DNA of 64,000 bases from Lama guanicoe. Its lineage: Eukaryota. The number at the start of each line of letters is the position of its first letter. Position 1 is the stretch's first letter. The translations under genes and the position numbers were made by a program. This document shows, piece after piece, positions 1 through 14,302 of the stretch. The notes below the pieces were generated by a model that saw only the letters and a program-made list of their open reading frames with translations, was not told where the DNA came from and ran no database searches. The stretch lies in contig MU053513.1 of assembly GCA_013239625.1 (NCBI GenBank), forward strand, positions 2,716,927 through 2,780,926. Direction: 5' to 3'.

Positions 1-289
1 GCTTTCTACCTCCAGCCCCTTGTGGCATTCCCCAGGCTTGCTGGAGCATAGGCCCTGGTACCCTCTTCATGTTCCTCGAGGCCAGATAGATCCTTGCTGG
101 TGGATGCTCTCGGGGAGCTCGTGCTGCCACAACCAGCAGTGGAATCTGTCCCCACCTTCTGGGGCCATGAGCCTGCCTCTGGCCAATCCCAGCCTCCACT
201 TTTACTGCCCACGTGCCATTTCTCTTGTGCCAGTGCAACTCATGAGACCTGAGTCTCACCGCATGATGGTCGGGCTATCTTCATGACTT

Positions 290-470
290 CCATTTATCAA
301 GAGCCTATTATGTGCCTGAATTATTTTACTTAATCCTCATGGCAACTCCCAGTTTATAGATGAAGAGACAGATTTAGAGATTAAATAATTTGCCTAGAGT
401 CATTCAACCAGTAAGACAGAGAAGCGTGGTTTGAATTGGCTTCTGTGTCCAAGCACATGCTCCATTAGAC
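290..470 (-). mobile_element. MIR SINE
   Basis: catttatcaagagcctattatgtgcc...cccagtttatagatgaagagacaga...gattaaataatttgcctagagtca. Confidence 0.7.
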
Positions 471-2584
471 CATCTCAGACAGCCCAGGGCGAGTACAGAG
501 CAGGCTGCTCCTCATTTATACCAGGCCGTCAGCATCTGAAGAACTTTGCCTTTTAACCAGGCATCTCAAAGGCGCAGTCACAACTCTGTACATGCACAGG
601 AGCAAGTGGATGGACAGTAAGGCCTTCACGGACAGCCAGCTGGCCAGTGACAGGGATGCGCCCACAGTGTACTGATCAGGACGCACACAATATGCTCTCC
701 CAGTCCCTGGACTTCTGATCAGCCTTCCATCCCACTGAGTGAGTCAGTGTCAGGTAATCAAACACACTTCTTTCCTTGTCTCTTCTCATTTAGGGGGCTG
801 TGTCTACTTCCTATGGCTTATTTTGTACCACTTATCAAGACTAATGTGAAATCATTCTAATAATAATCCACCCAAACTGGCCTTCATATCTGATGCCTGG
901 CGGATTGTAACAGAAATCTTTCCATTTCAGTTTTGAAGCATTGTCTCATCAAACCAACTGGCTGCAAACGGACGCACCTTCTAATCTAGAGGTTATGGGT
1001 CTGCGAGTAAATGCAAAAATTCTATTAGTTTTCAGACCTGGGGTTTATGCTATTCATTTTACATAAAACCAAAATCCTACATAGGAAGAAGAAGACTACC
1101 AGGGACAGATTCATTTTCAAAAGCACCCACTTACATAAGGGGCAAGAAGGCAGTAGCTTCTGAGTTACCATGTCGATACTTTTTATTCCTGCTCATTGAC
1201 TTTGACAAAGACAGTAAATAGCATACAGAGAACAGATACATTTCAAAGAAATATTTAAACACTGATTAATGTAACATTAAGACATGTAAAGTCTCTTGCA
1301 TTAAGAGAGAGAGAAGTTAAAATGCCTCTGGTTTCTTAACGAAACTGCACCAAGCTTATATAAGCCTAAATTCCTTACCTTAACCTGAGCTTAAAATAAT
1401 GGGCTGACTTGACAGAGCTTTACAAATCCTAGCAATGAACATTATCATTTATTACCAGAATGAGCGATAATCGGAGTAGCAGGGAGATACCACATATTGG
1501 GAAGTGTCCAAAGAGCTTAGCAAGACAATATTTCTTTTTCACAATACAAAGATAAAAGAGTCGTAAAACTGAGTGTTCATTTCATTCACTTGGAAGAGAA
1601 GGGCAGGTGGGTGTTTTCGTTAAACAGATTGCAACCCTTTCCTCTAGGAGCGTAAAGGAGAATGAACAAACACAGGAGGTAATGTTCACTCCACAGTGCG
1701 AGAAGGTACATGGATTTAAAGTCCATCGCGGTAATTAAATTTCAGTGTTGACACAGTACATCTCAACATTCAGAGTTCTAAATATAGTTTATACAGTGCC
1801 TGTGAGCAAAATGCAATGCATATGAATATTCATCTCTGCAGCGACGATTCTTCTGCCACATGCTCAGAAAAGAAGGGCTGAGATTAGGACAGACCAGAAC
1901 AGAGTCCGCAGAATTTGATGATAATCATTTCCCATTGTTGAAATGATCTTGTGGCCTTATCTGAGGCAGTGGTTTCCTAAACATTTTGGGTTGCAGAACC
2001 CTTTGTGCTAATGAAATCTAATTAGAAGCCAAATATTTGAAATGGATTGAAGTGGAGTAGGGCAGTTGATTTAGGAGGGGGGCGCGGTGTTCCAGCCCCT
2101 TGACTGCTTAATGCCACCGTAGATTCTCAGACGCACAACCTAAAACTACTACTTTAACCCACAAATAAGTAAAATAAAAACTCACTTGGTATTTGATTGA
2201 TTTCAAGGTATGTAGTGATTTTAAGGTACTCACAGATGGTAGAGAGCTCTGTATTTCGAAGGCAGGGCTTATGGAATCCAGTGATGATGATAGGGAAGAA
2301 GCAGTAATATGAGAAGTAAATGTTGTTTACTTTCTGCTGCTCTTCAGGAAAATATCATCCTCTTCCATGTTATTCTCAGGCCCTCACCTGTGGGCTTGGT
2401 CCGGCATGGGCCGTGCCTCCACTCTGTGTGTGTCTCTGTCCCTAGTCTGTCCAGCAGTACCCTCAGAGATGGTGTCCCTGCTGGGGCTCTCCCTTGGCTG
2501 AAGGTGGCTGGGGCTGCAAGCTTTTTTATGCCTGATGCGTTTCTCCAGCATGAGTTCAGATTCCTAAAGCACAGCCACTAGTTT

Positions 2585-2940
2585 ATCAGTCATCTTAGGT
2601 ACAGCATGCTGTGATAACAAATAGCCCCAAGTCCTCAGTGACTTATAACAACTTATTTCTTGCTACTATCACGTGACCATGATGGGCTTGCTAGATGTCT
2701 TCTTCCCTCTGGGACCCAAGCTAATGGAACTCTCATATTTGGGACATAGCTGGCCGTGTGGCATTATACTCTATAAGGGTTCTGAAAACTTTCTGTTGGA
2801 AATGGCACAGATCACTTCTGCTCACATGCCACTGGCCCCAAAAAGTCAGCTGTCCAAATTTGATATCAGAGAAGAGGATGGTGTATCACCTTTCCACAGG
2901 GTAATGCCCCCTAGGAAGGGGTCCATAAGGAGGAGTGGCA
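2585..2940 (-). mobile_element. MLT1 LTR fragment
   Basis: atgctgtgataacaaatagcccc...cagtgacttataacaacttatttcttgct...atcacttctgctcacatgccactggcc. Confidence 0.55.
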
Positions 2941-3849
2941 ATGTCTTCAACAATCCACTACAACTAGCTAATTGTTGCAGTTCCCTACCTCATTCCACCT
3001 TTGAGAAAGCTCAGCTCAGTGATCTTACTTTGCTTCTTTTGTCACATAATTTCAACGGTAAGTTACCATATTTCTCTAAAGTGGTATGACCCATGCCAAT
3101 TTCCACTGACAGTCAAGAGTAGTATGTTCTTCTTTTAGAGCTTGTTTTTCTTATTAGGATTGCTCATTAAATTATTTCATGCTTGAGGCTGCTGCTAGCT
3201 TTTAAAATACTTGGAAAGTAGAGATACCTAACATGTCCTGAACAAAAGAATTGCTCTGCCTCGGTGCTGCTGACTCTTCCAGGAGAATGTTTTTATGGAC
3301 TCCTATAATGATGAAATCGTCATTTTTTAAACATATTTTCAGTACACAGTAAGAGTGACAGACCTGATTTGCATCAAGAGGAACTGGGCTGTGTATCATA
3401 GATGCTCCTTAGTGGATTCATGGATTGAGTGACCCATAACATATTAATTCACTCATTTATTCTGCATTTCTGTGACCCAAGCAAGCACTGTGCCAGATAA
3501 AGTCGTGTCCTCATGGAGTTGACAAATAACAACCTAGGAGGAACAGCTGACAACAGAAATGGCATATTCAATATCTGATATCATCCCAACTGCTACACTG
3601 GTCCTATCTACCATTTACGGACCATAAGACTAACCTAGCTTCCATAATTTTCTCCATACTAAGGTGGGGAGAATATAAGTAACTACCCCATAGATTTGTT
3701 GTGAAGATTTCCTGAGATAGTGAAAAGCACTTACTTGTGCCTGGAGTACAGCAAGTGCCCAAAAAACACTGGTCATGGGCCTCATCATCACTATGACCAC
3801 ATTAAATGTTAGAATGGAGGTGAGGAAGGCAACCTGGCCTTGCAGAATT

Positions 3850-4060
3850 GCATTTGAGAAGGATCTGGAGGTCTTTGTTGAAGAAGCTTATTATGGATCA
3901 ACAGTGTAAAGTAGCTATTTCAAAAGCTAAATCCAACCGAAATAATAGATGGAAAATGTCATATTGTAGCCAAGTTAATTCTACTTCAGCCTTCTCTCAT
4001 CAAAACTCGCCTAGAATATTGAAATTTGCTTTTTGGTGTGGGGCAGGTATTTCTGAAAAT
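3850..4060 (+). mobile_element. L3/CR1 remnant
   Basis: gaaggatctggaggtctttgttga...aagctt...atcaacagtgt...aaaagctaa matches the CR1 EKDLGVLVD..L.MSQQC region. Confidence 0.5.
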
Positions 4061-4979
4061 GGAGTACCAAATGTATCTGCATCACACAGGGTCCTAAGAA
4101 CATAGCCCCTGTAAAGATGAGTTCCTGGCATTACATGCTGGCAAGCAATTTCTTCCATTTTTGTTAAATCACTAGGAGTCCTAACATGCTCCAGCTTTAG
4201 CTCTTCTAGGAACTGTTCACACAATTGTTGGTCAATCCTACAGGGCTGCTTTACAATGCCCTTCAGAATGTCAAAAGGATTTACACCAATCCCTAATTTC
4301 CTGCTGATCTTTACCATCTGTTACCTTGACCTTTTCATCAAAAGCTCCTCAAGCTGCTGGGAACCCTGCATGTTAACACCCAGTATGATGCTCTTCCTGG
4401 GTCTCTCTGCCTCAGTCTCAGCACTGCCACTCGCATACATTTTGTCTGCCATTATGGTTTGAAGCAGTTCAGCAGAACACAAAAATATATGGCAAAAAGA
4501 GAGGCTCCTGAGGGATACATAACACATGTTGCTGAACATTTTCAACTGAATATGGTGCAGTGGAGTGTTCACAGGCTGAGAATATTTGCCATACGGGGCA
4601 CGAATGTCTGCTGCCTGAAAGCATATAGAACAGTCTACCACACCCACTCCCGCTGGCTCAGAGTATGCCGGCACTCTGAGGATCTGAAAATTTGTATATT
4701 AACAACGCACTTTAATGGATTGTTCAAAAATGCACGTGCTTTTCTTTTGGAAAATTATTTCATATACAAATAGTATTTCAGTGATCTAGACAGCAAGGGA
4801 CAGTATGAAATGGAACATGTGTTCAAATTTAGCAGCACTTTAAGAGGCTATAAAAATAAACTCTTATTTGCTTAGAGGATAACCAGGTAATGAGGGATAC
4901 AGGAAACTTGGTTAGAGCAGCTAGGAAAGTGAGCATCCAAAAGAAAAAGAATTACCCGAGAGCTACTTTCAGACAGAAA

Positions 4980-5200
4980 GGGAAGCTAACTTGCTCTGTC
5001 CGGTTCCAGAGGGCAGAAGGAGATCTCAAGTTAAAAATTATATAAAAGCATATTTTTTATCTAAGTTGAGAAAAGGTTTTCTAATATATTTTGCTGTCCA
5101 AAAAAGGAATAGTTTGTTTTCTGTAATAATGAGTTCCTTATCACTAGAGGTAGTAAACGTGGATGACCATTTGTTAGAGACACGGTACGTGGGACTCATT
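4980..5200 (+). mobile_element. L3/CR1 3' remnant
   Basis: ttccagagggcagaa...gagttccttatcactagagg...gatgaccatttg. Confidence 0.45.
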
Positions 5201-5254
5201 AATTGGGTGGAGTGCTGGTTTATAAACAATGGCCAGAAATTGACAATTTGAAAA

Positions 5255-5500
5255 ATTGACATTCCTCCATAGAGAAGTGGGGGTCTACGTCCCCTCTCCT
5301 CCAATCTGGGTAGGCTTGTAATTGCTTCAATTAATAAAGAATGGCAGAAGTGGCACTATGTTACTGACAAAGCTAGGTCATAACAGCCAGACAAAGTCTG
5401 TGCTGTTTTCTTGGAATGTTGGCTTTTGAGCAGCTCTCTCTCAGGGCCCACCACCAGATTCTGAGACTTCCAAGCCATGTGGAAAGATCACAGGTGGCAG
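5255..5500 (+). mobile_element. MLT1 LTR fragment
   Basis: attgacattcctccatagagaagtggggtctacgtcccctctcc...aatggcagaagtg...aagctaggtcataa. Confidence 0.6.
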
Positions 5501-7399
5501 GAAAAATTCCAATTAAATTTAAACTTTCATTTATACCTATTTTGTCATTTAAACAATTAGAAATAAATTAAGTCCTACTAAACGTTAATATTCTACACGA
5601 CAATGACACCATTACTCATCCACGTGTCAGAGAATCAACATACTAAACATTCTCTTTTAGCACATTGTGACATTCTAATTTAGGTGCTCTAGTCAAACTG
5701 GATTATATGTTTATTATATTACTTAATTTTTGACTTATTAATTAGCCCTCTTAAAATGCACAAGGGGCTTAAAGATATTCCTGCATAGAAACCACGGATT
5801 GACAAAAAATACTTCCAGTGCAAACACAGGCACACAACAGAAATTGGCAGACCCTGCACTTTCCCCTCCCAGGTCAGGCTTCTTGCTAGTCACAGCGCCA
5901 GAATAAAAACCATGACAATCTGATCAGAACTAACTAAACAATTTAGAAGCCATCCAGGAACATATATAAAATTCAGATTTATATCTGCTGTATTATTGAT
6001 CCTCACCAAAAGATTTGTACTTTGGTATATTAGTGATCATGGCATATATGTGCATTTTAACCCATAAAATGTCAATTTCATACAGAGCAACCTAATTTAT
6101 TGAGATTAAATGCTCTGAAATCATTTATCTTTAGAGTGAGGGCAATAAAAAATTGTATATAGACTACTGATTTAAGGAATAAGACATGTGAGAAGCGTGG
6201 ATTTAGTGAGTACACAGGAAACTTTACCATTGCCTTCCAACTGTATGTATCTCTTGTATCTATGTGAGCACTGGTACATGACGTGTTACAAAATTATTAC
6301 TTTCTTTGTCTGGGGGATAAATAATTTTATTATAACAAATGGACCCTTTCCAATCAGAGTAACTCTTAGCACCCAGATATACTGTGAAGCGCTGACTTGA
6401 AGGACAATGATTATTCTTTGCCTGACTCCATTCTGCACTGATCTATGTAGAAAATCAACATTCCTTCGGAAGAAACAAGGCTTTAAAAAGAATGATCTTT
6501 ATGGGAGCTGGTGGTTATAGAGAATTTTAGTGCCAATAAAAAGAAGATGAGGATTACTTGTTCCTTTGAGGCCGTGAGGTAATTAAAAAACAATATTTAT
6601 TGGCTTTTAGAACACCTACTTCCATGAAATCTCGGCACTAAACAATTCAGGGAAATCAGAATAGATAAATCACCTAAACAGACCAGAAGAAATGGATAAA
6701 GCAACCATAATTCTATGCTACCTCCACCCCGCTTCAGATTCACTAAATTATTTCAACCTCTTCATACAAAATCCCACAACACTCCAAAGCATGTGTCTTG
6801 CTTTGGTGCTTGTCAAAATTCGTGTCTGAAAGACTGCACAGGGAATGCCTTTCTGTACAAGGGACGGTTTCTTGTTGAAGCCCTCCTCCCAAATGGTTCA
6901 GGAAATTCACTCTCATCCTGCTCATGCAATATCTCCTCTCTCCCATCAGCTAATATTGTGCTCAGTTTCACAGCACAATATCTAAAACTTGATTTATTCC
7001 TGAAAGTAAAAGGAGATCGTGGGTTTTTTTCTTTTTAATTTGTTTGTTCCATCATTGATTCATCCAACAAGTACTCCAGTGGCTACTAGGTGCCAAGCAG
7101 TGATGAAGGAGACACAGAGGAGCGGAGCAATCTGCAGTCTGGGATTAAGAGACCACCAGAAAAATCAGAATTCCAAGTGCCAGGTGAATTTGGTTCCCTG
7201 AGATAACATGAAAATGTGAGAAGAATAAGACACGTTGTTGAAAACTAATGTGCTCTGGCACTTTTGTGTATCTCACTCATTTACATTTAAAAACCAGCTC
7301 CTTGAGAAGTTATCCCAAAGTTAAAATCATGTGACAGAACGCAAGAGATAGAAAGGCTGGGCTGACTGAAATGCAGAGGGAGCAGCCCATTTCCAAAGT

Positions 7400-8705
7400 C
7401 TCTGGGATACAAAATGCAAAACAGCAAAGGGATGGACGTAAACATGCCAAGAGAACTTCATCAACTTTAAGGGGCTCCTACTGGCCAATGATGGGACCAT
7501 TTGAGCATAAATAAGAATAATAACTAGAATGAACAGAAGTACTTCAATAAATTTTAAATCCCTGTGTTCTTCATGATATTAAAAAAATATCGGGTACTGA
7601 TAAAGAATGCCAGGGAGCTAAGTTATTATTTTGAAAACTAACAATAAAAGAATAAAAAATTTACCCTCCCTTTTCTACACTGACTGTACCACTGTAAACC
7701 AAAGAGTAATTAAGGGGAAATTTTTGATTATAGAGACATTACATTTAATAAACAATGCATGAAGAAATAAGAAAATCACCGTTTTGTGATCGCTAATGAA
7801 TTAGTGACTCTAGGCACTGAACTCCAGTGGCTCTAAAAGAAACAACTGGGCATTGTGTGCTTTCTGTTAAGTGGCCAAAATCAGCTACGTAGTTGTCTTA
7901 ACAAAAAAGTCAAATCTGAGTATGATTAAATCTCTAGGTCTGACTACTAATTATAGAAATCAGAGGACCAAAGGACATGCTAAACTATACGATGCAGATG
8001 CAATAAGCAAAAGCCAGACTGTGAGAAGCTACAGGACAAACATGCAAGTGTCTTTAACGAATGAACAGCAATGAAAAAGAAGGAGAGCAGCACCTATATA
8101 TTTCTAAAAGTCTTAAAGACATATCAATCAATTGTGGATCCTAATTTTTTTAAAGGTTTAATTTATGATACTTAGGAGATAACTGGAGATGTAAACACTG
8201 ACTGGATATTTGATGCTATGAACAAGTATGGTTAATTTTTTTAGTGTGATTTTGGTATTCCGGTCATGTATAAAAGCTGAGTTTTTATTTTTTAATTTTT
8301 TATTGAAGTATAGTCAGTTTACAATGTGTCAATTTCTGGTATATAGCATAGTGATTCAGTTATACATATATACATATATATATTCCTTTTCATATTCTTC
8401 TTTGTTATAGGCTATTACAAGGTATTGAATACAGTTCCCCGTGCTACACAGTAAGAGTTTGTTAGTTTTTACCTTTTAGAAGTACATACTGAAATATTTA
8501 GAAAAGAAATAGTGTAAATCATACAATCTTGGATTTGCCTCAAAACAATACAGAGGGTGGTTGGGGACATGTGGCTAATGGTGAAGATGGGTCAGGGTAG
8601 CTCAATGAGCTGACGTTCGTTGGGACTGGTGATAGATGTGTGGGGGTTCTTTATGCTATTCTGTTCATGTTTGGAGCTCTCCACAATGAAAAGAAAGAGA
8701 AAAAA
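7400..8705 (+). mobile_element. Old L1 3' region (L1MC-like)
   Basis: aaggggctcctactggccaa...gggaccatttgagcat and actgactggatatttgatg motifs typical of L1MC 3' ends; ends in A-rich tract ~8690-8705. Confidence 0.65.
8282..8454 (-). mobile_element. Younger artiodactyl-type L1 3' end nested in the L1MC element
   Basis: T-rich tail then ttattgaagtatagtcagtttacaatg...gtattgaatacagttccccgtgctacacagta, the antisense L1 3'UTR terminus. Confidence 0.8.
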
Positions 8706-11282
8706 TTAGGTGACATATAAATGCATATACCCAAAAAAGCAGCAGGAGCTGGCTAATTTAAGCTGTTTCAGGTTTTCCAGCCAAGTTACCATATATCTAA
8801 TGGTCTGGTTTTCTCAGCTATACCCACAGGGAAGCATTTGAGTATATATAAAAGTAATAGAAAGAAAATAGGAACTCTCTCAGTGCACTTGTGTAGTCCA
8901 CGGATGTCCACATACACACAAATGTGTATGTGCATAGATATGTCCCCAGATGCATTTTTTTGATATTCTGCCTGACACTGCTTTTAGCCTTGTCGGAGCA
9001 AGCTGAGATCGGCTGAAAGCAAATAAACCAGTATTTCAATTAGCACAAAAACACATTTCAGATTACCAGACACATGATCCTGCTGGCATGGGTAGGTATA
9101 AAATGTGTCCACATGAACACACTGTGCCTCAGAGACTAAGGGAATTCTACCCAAACACCTCTCTGTGTATAGGTCAATTTCAGCCCGGAGAAAACACACT
9201 AGGTCTAGGAATTCACACTGCAGAGCAGCTCCAAGTTTCCTGGGGCTAATCTTTAAAACTGAATACATATAGAATTTTCCAGCAATAAAGCAATAAAAAG
9301 ATGGTTCACCTCCTTTTTATATCAAAGTTCAAAGCATCCATCTAAATACTGCCTTATGAAATGCCACCACATTGAAATGTATAAAAATAAACCCAAGCAA
9401 ACAAACAAACCCCCTCCCCAAACTCCTGAAAAGTAACACAGTCCAGATTAAGTATATAATGGTCTCTCACGTGGTTTGATTGCTTACCACAACTAGCTGT
9501 TTACAGAACACAGAAACCCTAAGGGCCCCTGCATTATTAGAGCAAATTAGCGTGTTTCAAGAAAGTGGTGGATTATTGCAGATGAAAGTGTTTTACCAAC
9601 AGGAGTTTTATGGTTGGCAAATGTGATTATATATCCATTAGCATCTGCAAGCTAAACAATCGTGTGCCATATACCTCCTGGAAACACCTCAGTGTGGATA
9701 TCCTAATTTCCACCATTTCAAAAGAACAAAGGGATTTTTTGCCAGACGTAGCCAGAGCTCATTTAAAAAAAAAAAACCAAACAAACTGAATAGTAAACTA
9801 GGGCAAATTATTTCTGTAACTTAAATGATTATCAGCTCCCCATCTGCTATGGCAAAAAGAAACGTCTGTCATTTTTTGAAACGTGGCAAATGTTGGCCAT
9901 CTACTTAATTAGTCTATTGTGCTCACTCACTTAGCATATTGAAATTTTATAGAAGAGAAACTTGGGGAAAGTAGTAAACAGTCTCTCTCCATCTGAACAG
10001 AATAGGGTCATAAAAAATGAGAACGCTGCCCTCTCCGAGCGGCTTGGCCCATGGATGCAGTTCTGCAGGGCCCCACCGCCGGGCCCAGGCGTGCTCGCAG
10101 TGAAGTCACCACTGACGCGGCAGCCTGATGCTCTGAGGGTGTCGATACTAAACATTCCCCGCTTCACCACAGCTTTATTTTTGACAATTACTGGTGTGTT
10201 TGTAATGAGCTTTAAGCAACAGCTGGAGGAAGACATGCCCAGTTTTCAAGGTCTATGGGAAAGAAATGTTTTTATGACATGATTTATAAGTGATATTATA
10301 TCTATGAAATTTTAATTCTTTAATTTTGGCGCACATGGCATGAATTAGTGAGACAAGATACTGTCAGTCCCCGTTTTCACAAGAGCAATTTCCACTAAAA
10401 GATTAAGAGGCCATAGCTCTCGCTAAAGGTTACCTTCCCAGCAGAAGGATGCAGCGGCGACGGAAAGCTAGCATGGCCTTTTCTACCAAACAATTCCCTT
10501 GGAGGAATCAAAAGCCTCTCCATTCTACAGTTTTGTCATCAAAATCAGAGTAAGGGGAAGATGAACAAGTTTTGCTTGGGTAAGATTCAAGGAGGACAAA
10601 TTGGATAAAATAGGTCAGAAAAGAGAGAAAACCTTTAAAAATATTTACATACACCATTTTTTCCCCTTTTAAAAAACAAATTGCCATCATATCTGAATAA
10701 TTATGCATCAGGCCAACAAAGGAAAAGGAGAACTTTGTGTAGATGCAGTTTTAACCTTTGAACCATAGAAATAGAAATTTGTTTTGTTTTTCTTTCTTTG
10801 TTTCCTCCTTTCCCTTAGTTTTCGTTCTTTTCTTTTGCTGTTCAGTCGGCACTGCATGCGCACCTCTATGCTGGTCGTTGTGGGAGGGGAGAAGGAACCT
10901 CAAGGTCTGTTGTGGTCTCAGTCTAGGGAGGGAGTGGGTGGTAACCATTACAGCACAGTTTGTCAAAGGGGATGATTATATTGTGCTGTGTCAAGACTCC
11001 AAATAGTTCAGGGAGAAGGGAAATCAAGGACATCGACAGTGGTCAGGGAAGGGCTCCAAGAAGAGATGAGGAGTTAGGGCTTGAATAGGACATGGAAGAG
11101 GATAGAATTTTGATAGCGACAGTGGGGAGGGGCACTCCTCCCAGGCAAGAGATCCAGCTAGATCAGTAATGGAGATTGTAGCCTCCAGGTAATGAGCGTG
11201 TATGGTAGTTTCAGAAAAAGACACATTACAGATATACAGGTATACATACAGAGAGAAATGTAACTATATATAGGTTGGTCGG

Positions 11283-11313
11283 TCTGTCTATCTATCTATC
11301 TATCTATCTATCT

Positions 11314-11353
<40 letters not shown>

Positions 11354-11438
11354 TTCTTTCTTTCTTTCTTTCTTTCTATCTACCCACCTATCTTTCTATC
11401 TGTCTGTCTATCTATCTACTTACCTACCTTTCCTTCCT

Positions 11439-11480
<42 letters not shown>

Positions 11481-11502
11481 CATCCATCTTTCTATCTATC
11501 TG
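11283..11502. repeat. Compound tetranucleotide microsatellite (TCTA)n/(TTTC)n
   Basis: Directly visible TCTA and TTTC runs with interruptions. Confidence 0.95.
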
Positions 11503-12559
11503 TCGAGACTGAAGGGAATTCGTGACACATGCAAATCTCCTCCTTTGGCTCTGAAAACTCCCTGGTTCCTGTGGCTTCTATAGAAATGGTTAATCAGGCT
11601 CCGTGGAGCTCATCCTCCTGGCCTGTCTGCTGACACGTCATCTGTACATTCCAGAGTTATTATACAACCTTTGTGAAACTAAGTCTACAAGACAGGCTGT
11701 AAGGTGTGACTGATGTCTCTTTTGTAAGCCAGAGAATTTCGCACAGTCCGTGTCTCAGGAGACTAATGTTTCAGCTCTTCTTGGGGTGTTATTACCTGTT
11801 TGTGTCTGGCTTTCACAGCACTAGACTGCCAAGATTCCTTGGTCTAACTGCAGCAAGGGAAATGCTATCATCAATTATGGATTGGGAGCGAACAATTAAC
11901 TTTGCAGGAAGCAATTTAAATGAGAGCCAAATTTCTTTTTGGACATTCTGTGATAGAAAAACTTTGGTTTATCAGGAGATACAAAAACACTTCATTTTCC
12001 ATTGTGTCTATGGGTTCCATTAAGTTTTTTTCCCTTGGCTTTTCACTGTGTTGCTGTAAGAATAAAATCACCATCATGAAGAGAAACATCCTTTGCCAAA
12101 TAGCTAATAATTCTGTTCTCCACTGCATCTGACAGTCTCTGAGGGGAGAAGCAGAGAAATTCTTTGAGTATAGTTGCCTAAGGTTTCCCTAGCTGGCCCT
12201 GACTACACTGGCCACCTGTTCCCTGTTTAGAGAAACCATCCTCCCCCCTCCAACCTTCTGTTCCTTGTCTCAGACTAACGATGATATATGGGGTTCCGTG
12301 TTCCTCCTAATTATGAAAATTGCTTTCCATAGGTTCCAAGATTTTTATTTGATATTTTCTCAGAATCTTGGCCAGCCTCTGTGCCTTGGAGTCCTTAAGT
12401 AAAATTAGATCTTAGAGTCCCCATATGGGGTCTGACATACAGCTTTTAACCAGGAGCTCTTATTTTAAAAAAAATGAAAGTCGATGCTTCAAAGACAAGA
12501 TGCCAGTTATTTGTCATGTAGTTCAACACACCACCAAGCACAGGCTTCCATATTTAAAG

Positions 12560-13293
12560 AAAAGTTCCCAGATCCTGGAACCCAGACACTGTCATCAGTG
12601 AACATGCCACTGCTCACCTCCTTTTCCCTGTAGATTTTCATCAGAGTTCTGGTCCTTCAGGTTTCCTTACCTATGCCTGGGAGAGGCACCACCATCCCCC
12701 TAACTCCCCGAATCAGAAACCTGAGAATTCCTCTTGATGTCTTTCCCACTCTCTCCTTCACCACTCCCATGTTTAGTTATCATCAAAACTCTCTCCCTGA
12801 TCTCTTCTAACCCAGTCCACGCCAATCCACCGACCCTCTGCTATTTTATTGTAGGCTCTCATGATTTCTCAGTGGGATTAGAGCAAACAGACACCCATCC
12901 ACTCTTAGTCCCACCTGCCCTCCTTATTTTAGCTTTATTCCCATTTGTTTCTATGCACTGTAGTCTCAATGTGTGCTCTGAAAGACAAAACTTCTATTAT
13001 TATTCCCTTCCTTCAAGCCCATCATCCATCAGATGATGCACAAGCTATTGATAAGTAATTCTATGTTGTCCTCTGGAATGTGCCTCTTGGACATCTTTCC
13101 TATCCATGTGCATTTCTCTAAAATGACCTGTCTATTTGTCTGTCTCCTTGAGCTCCTTTAGGGGATGGGACAAATCTCTGATTGGTCTGTGAATCCTCAG
13201 AACAAGGATACTGTCTGCCGTAGCCTAGGTTCTCAATATGTGTGGCGAATGAATCAATGATGCAGTGAATGAATCAATGATGTAGTGAATGAA
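12560..13293 (+). mobile_element. L2 3' remnant
   Basis: Pyrimidine-rich L2-like body, gagctcctttaggggatgggac, tail ttctcaatatgtgtggcgaatgaat. Confidence 0.55.
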
Positions 13294-14039
13294 CAGTCTT
13301 TCCTCCTCCTGACTGGCCACAAAGGGCGTAAGTGGATATGACAGTACACTTAAGGGGCTATTGGAAATCACAAGATGAATTGCTTTATTTTTACAGTGCA
13401 ATTAGTGTGTATGTGATGGATGCTGGAAGGGAACCTAAGAATGCTTCTCTTCCCAGTGATAATTGTAGTGGATGTTTATTTCCTGTGCATATAGAAATTA
13501 ACATTTGTCATGGCTCAAACCAAGACATTTCATCACTGGCTCCTCCATGACAGCATACTCTGCATGCTAAAGTCTCCTCTCAGCTAAAAAATATGTATTG
13601 GGGCTGCCTCAAACTGCAATTCCATCTCCAGGGTTTCTATTGAAATAACCCAGCTGTTCAGATACCTTTGACCAAAGAAAGTCCAGACAGAGCTTAGAAG
13701 ATCAACATTTTTGCCTTAGTGTACGGTGTGAGGCAGGCCACACGTAGATCAGTGAGGGAGGAAGGTGCCACCTTTCCAACCAGCTAAGTCAGATAAAATC
13801 ATCCCTGACAAGGGAGTGACGGATGTCAAAACCAGATTACCTCACGCCAGTCCTTCCATACCCCACTGGCGTTTCCTTATCAATCCCATTATTTTCATCA
13901 GTTTTATGGGAGGCATTTTAGCACTTTAGACACTTTCAGGGCTCCTCCTGGCTGCTTGACCTTTGAAGCCTGGGAAAGAAATCTGCTCATGCCTCATCTC
14001 CACCACCTGAGACAGTTCCTGAGACTTGCATATGACTTT

Positions 14040-14302
14040 CAACAGAAGAAACCAAAGGCTGTGGATTTCAGCTTCACATAAGGAAGATCGTTTTTAAAAC
14101 TGGAGCTATTGTCTGGTGGAATGGGCTGCCTCAGGAAGTAGAGAGCTTCCTGTGCCTGAACATTTCAAAAAGGGGCAGATAATTACTGTTTAATACCCTG
14201 GGGAGAAGATTCAGCCATGAGGAGGAGGGGTGTAGAGTAGGAAGGAACAGAGAGGGCAGACCATATAACCTACAGGTCTCTTCCATCTTTGAGATTCTAT
14301 GA
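14040..14302 (+). mobile_element. L3/CR1 (or MIR3) 3' remnant
   Basis: ggatttcagctt...aaggaag...tggaatgggctgcctcaggaagtagagagcttcctgt...aggtctcttccatctttgagattctatga. Confidence 0.6.

Noticed and set aside
4000..4674. Adjacent 105-aa and 117-aa minus-strand ORFs
   Set aside because: No family I recognise, no convincing splice structure, and partial overlap with an L3 remnant.
11275..11583. 102-aa hydrophobic ORF
   Set aside because: Translation of the TCTA/TTTC microsatellite.
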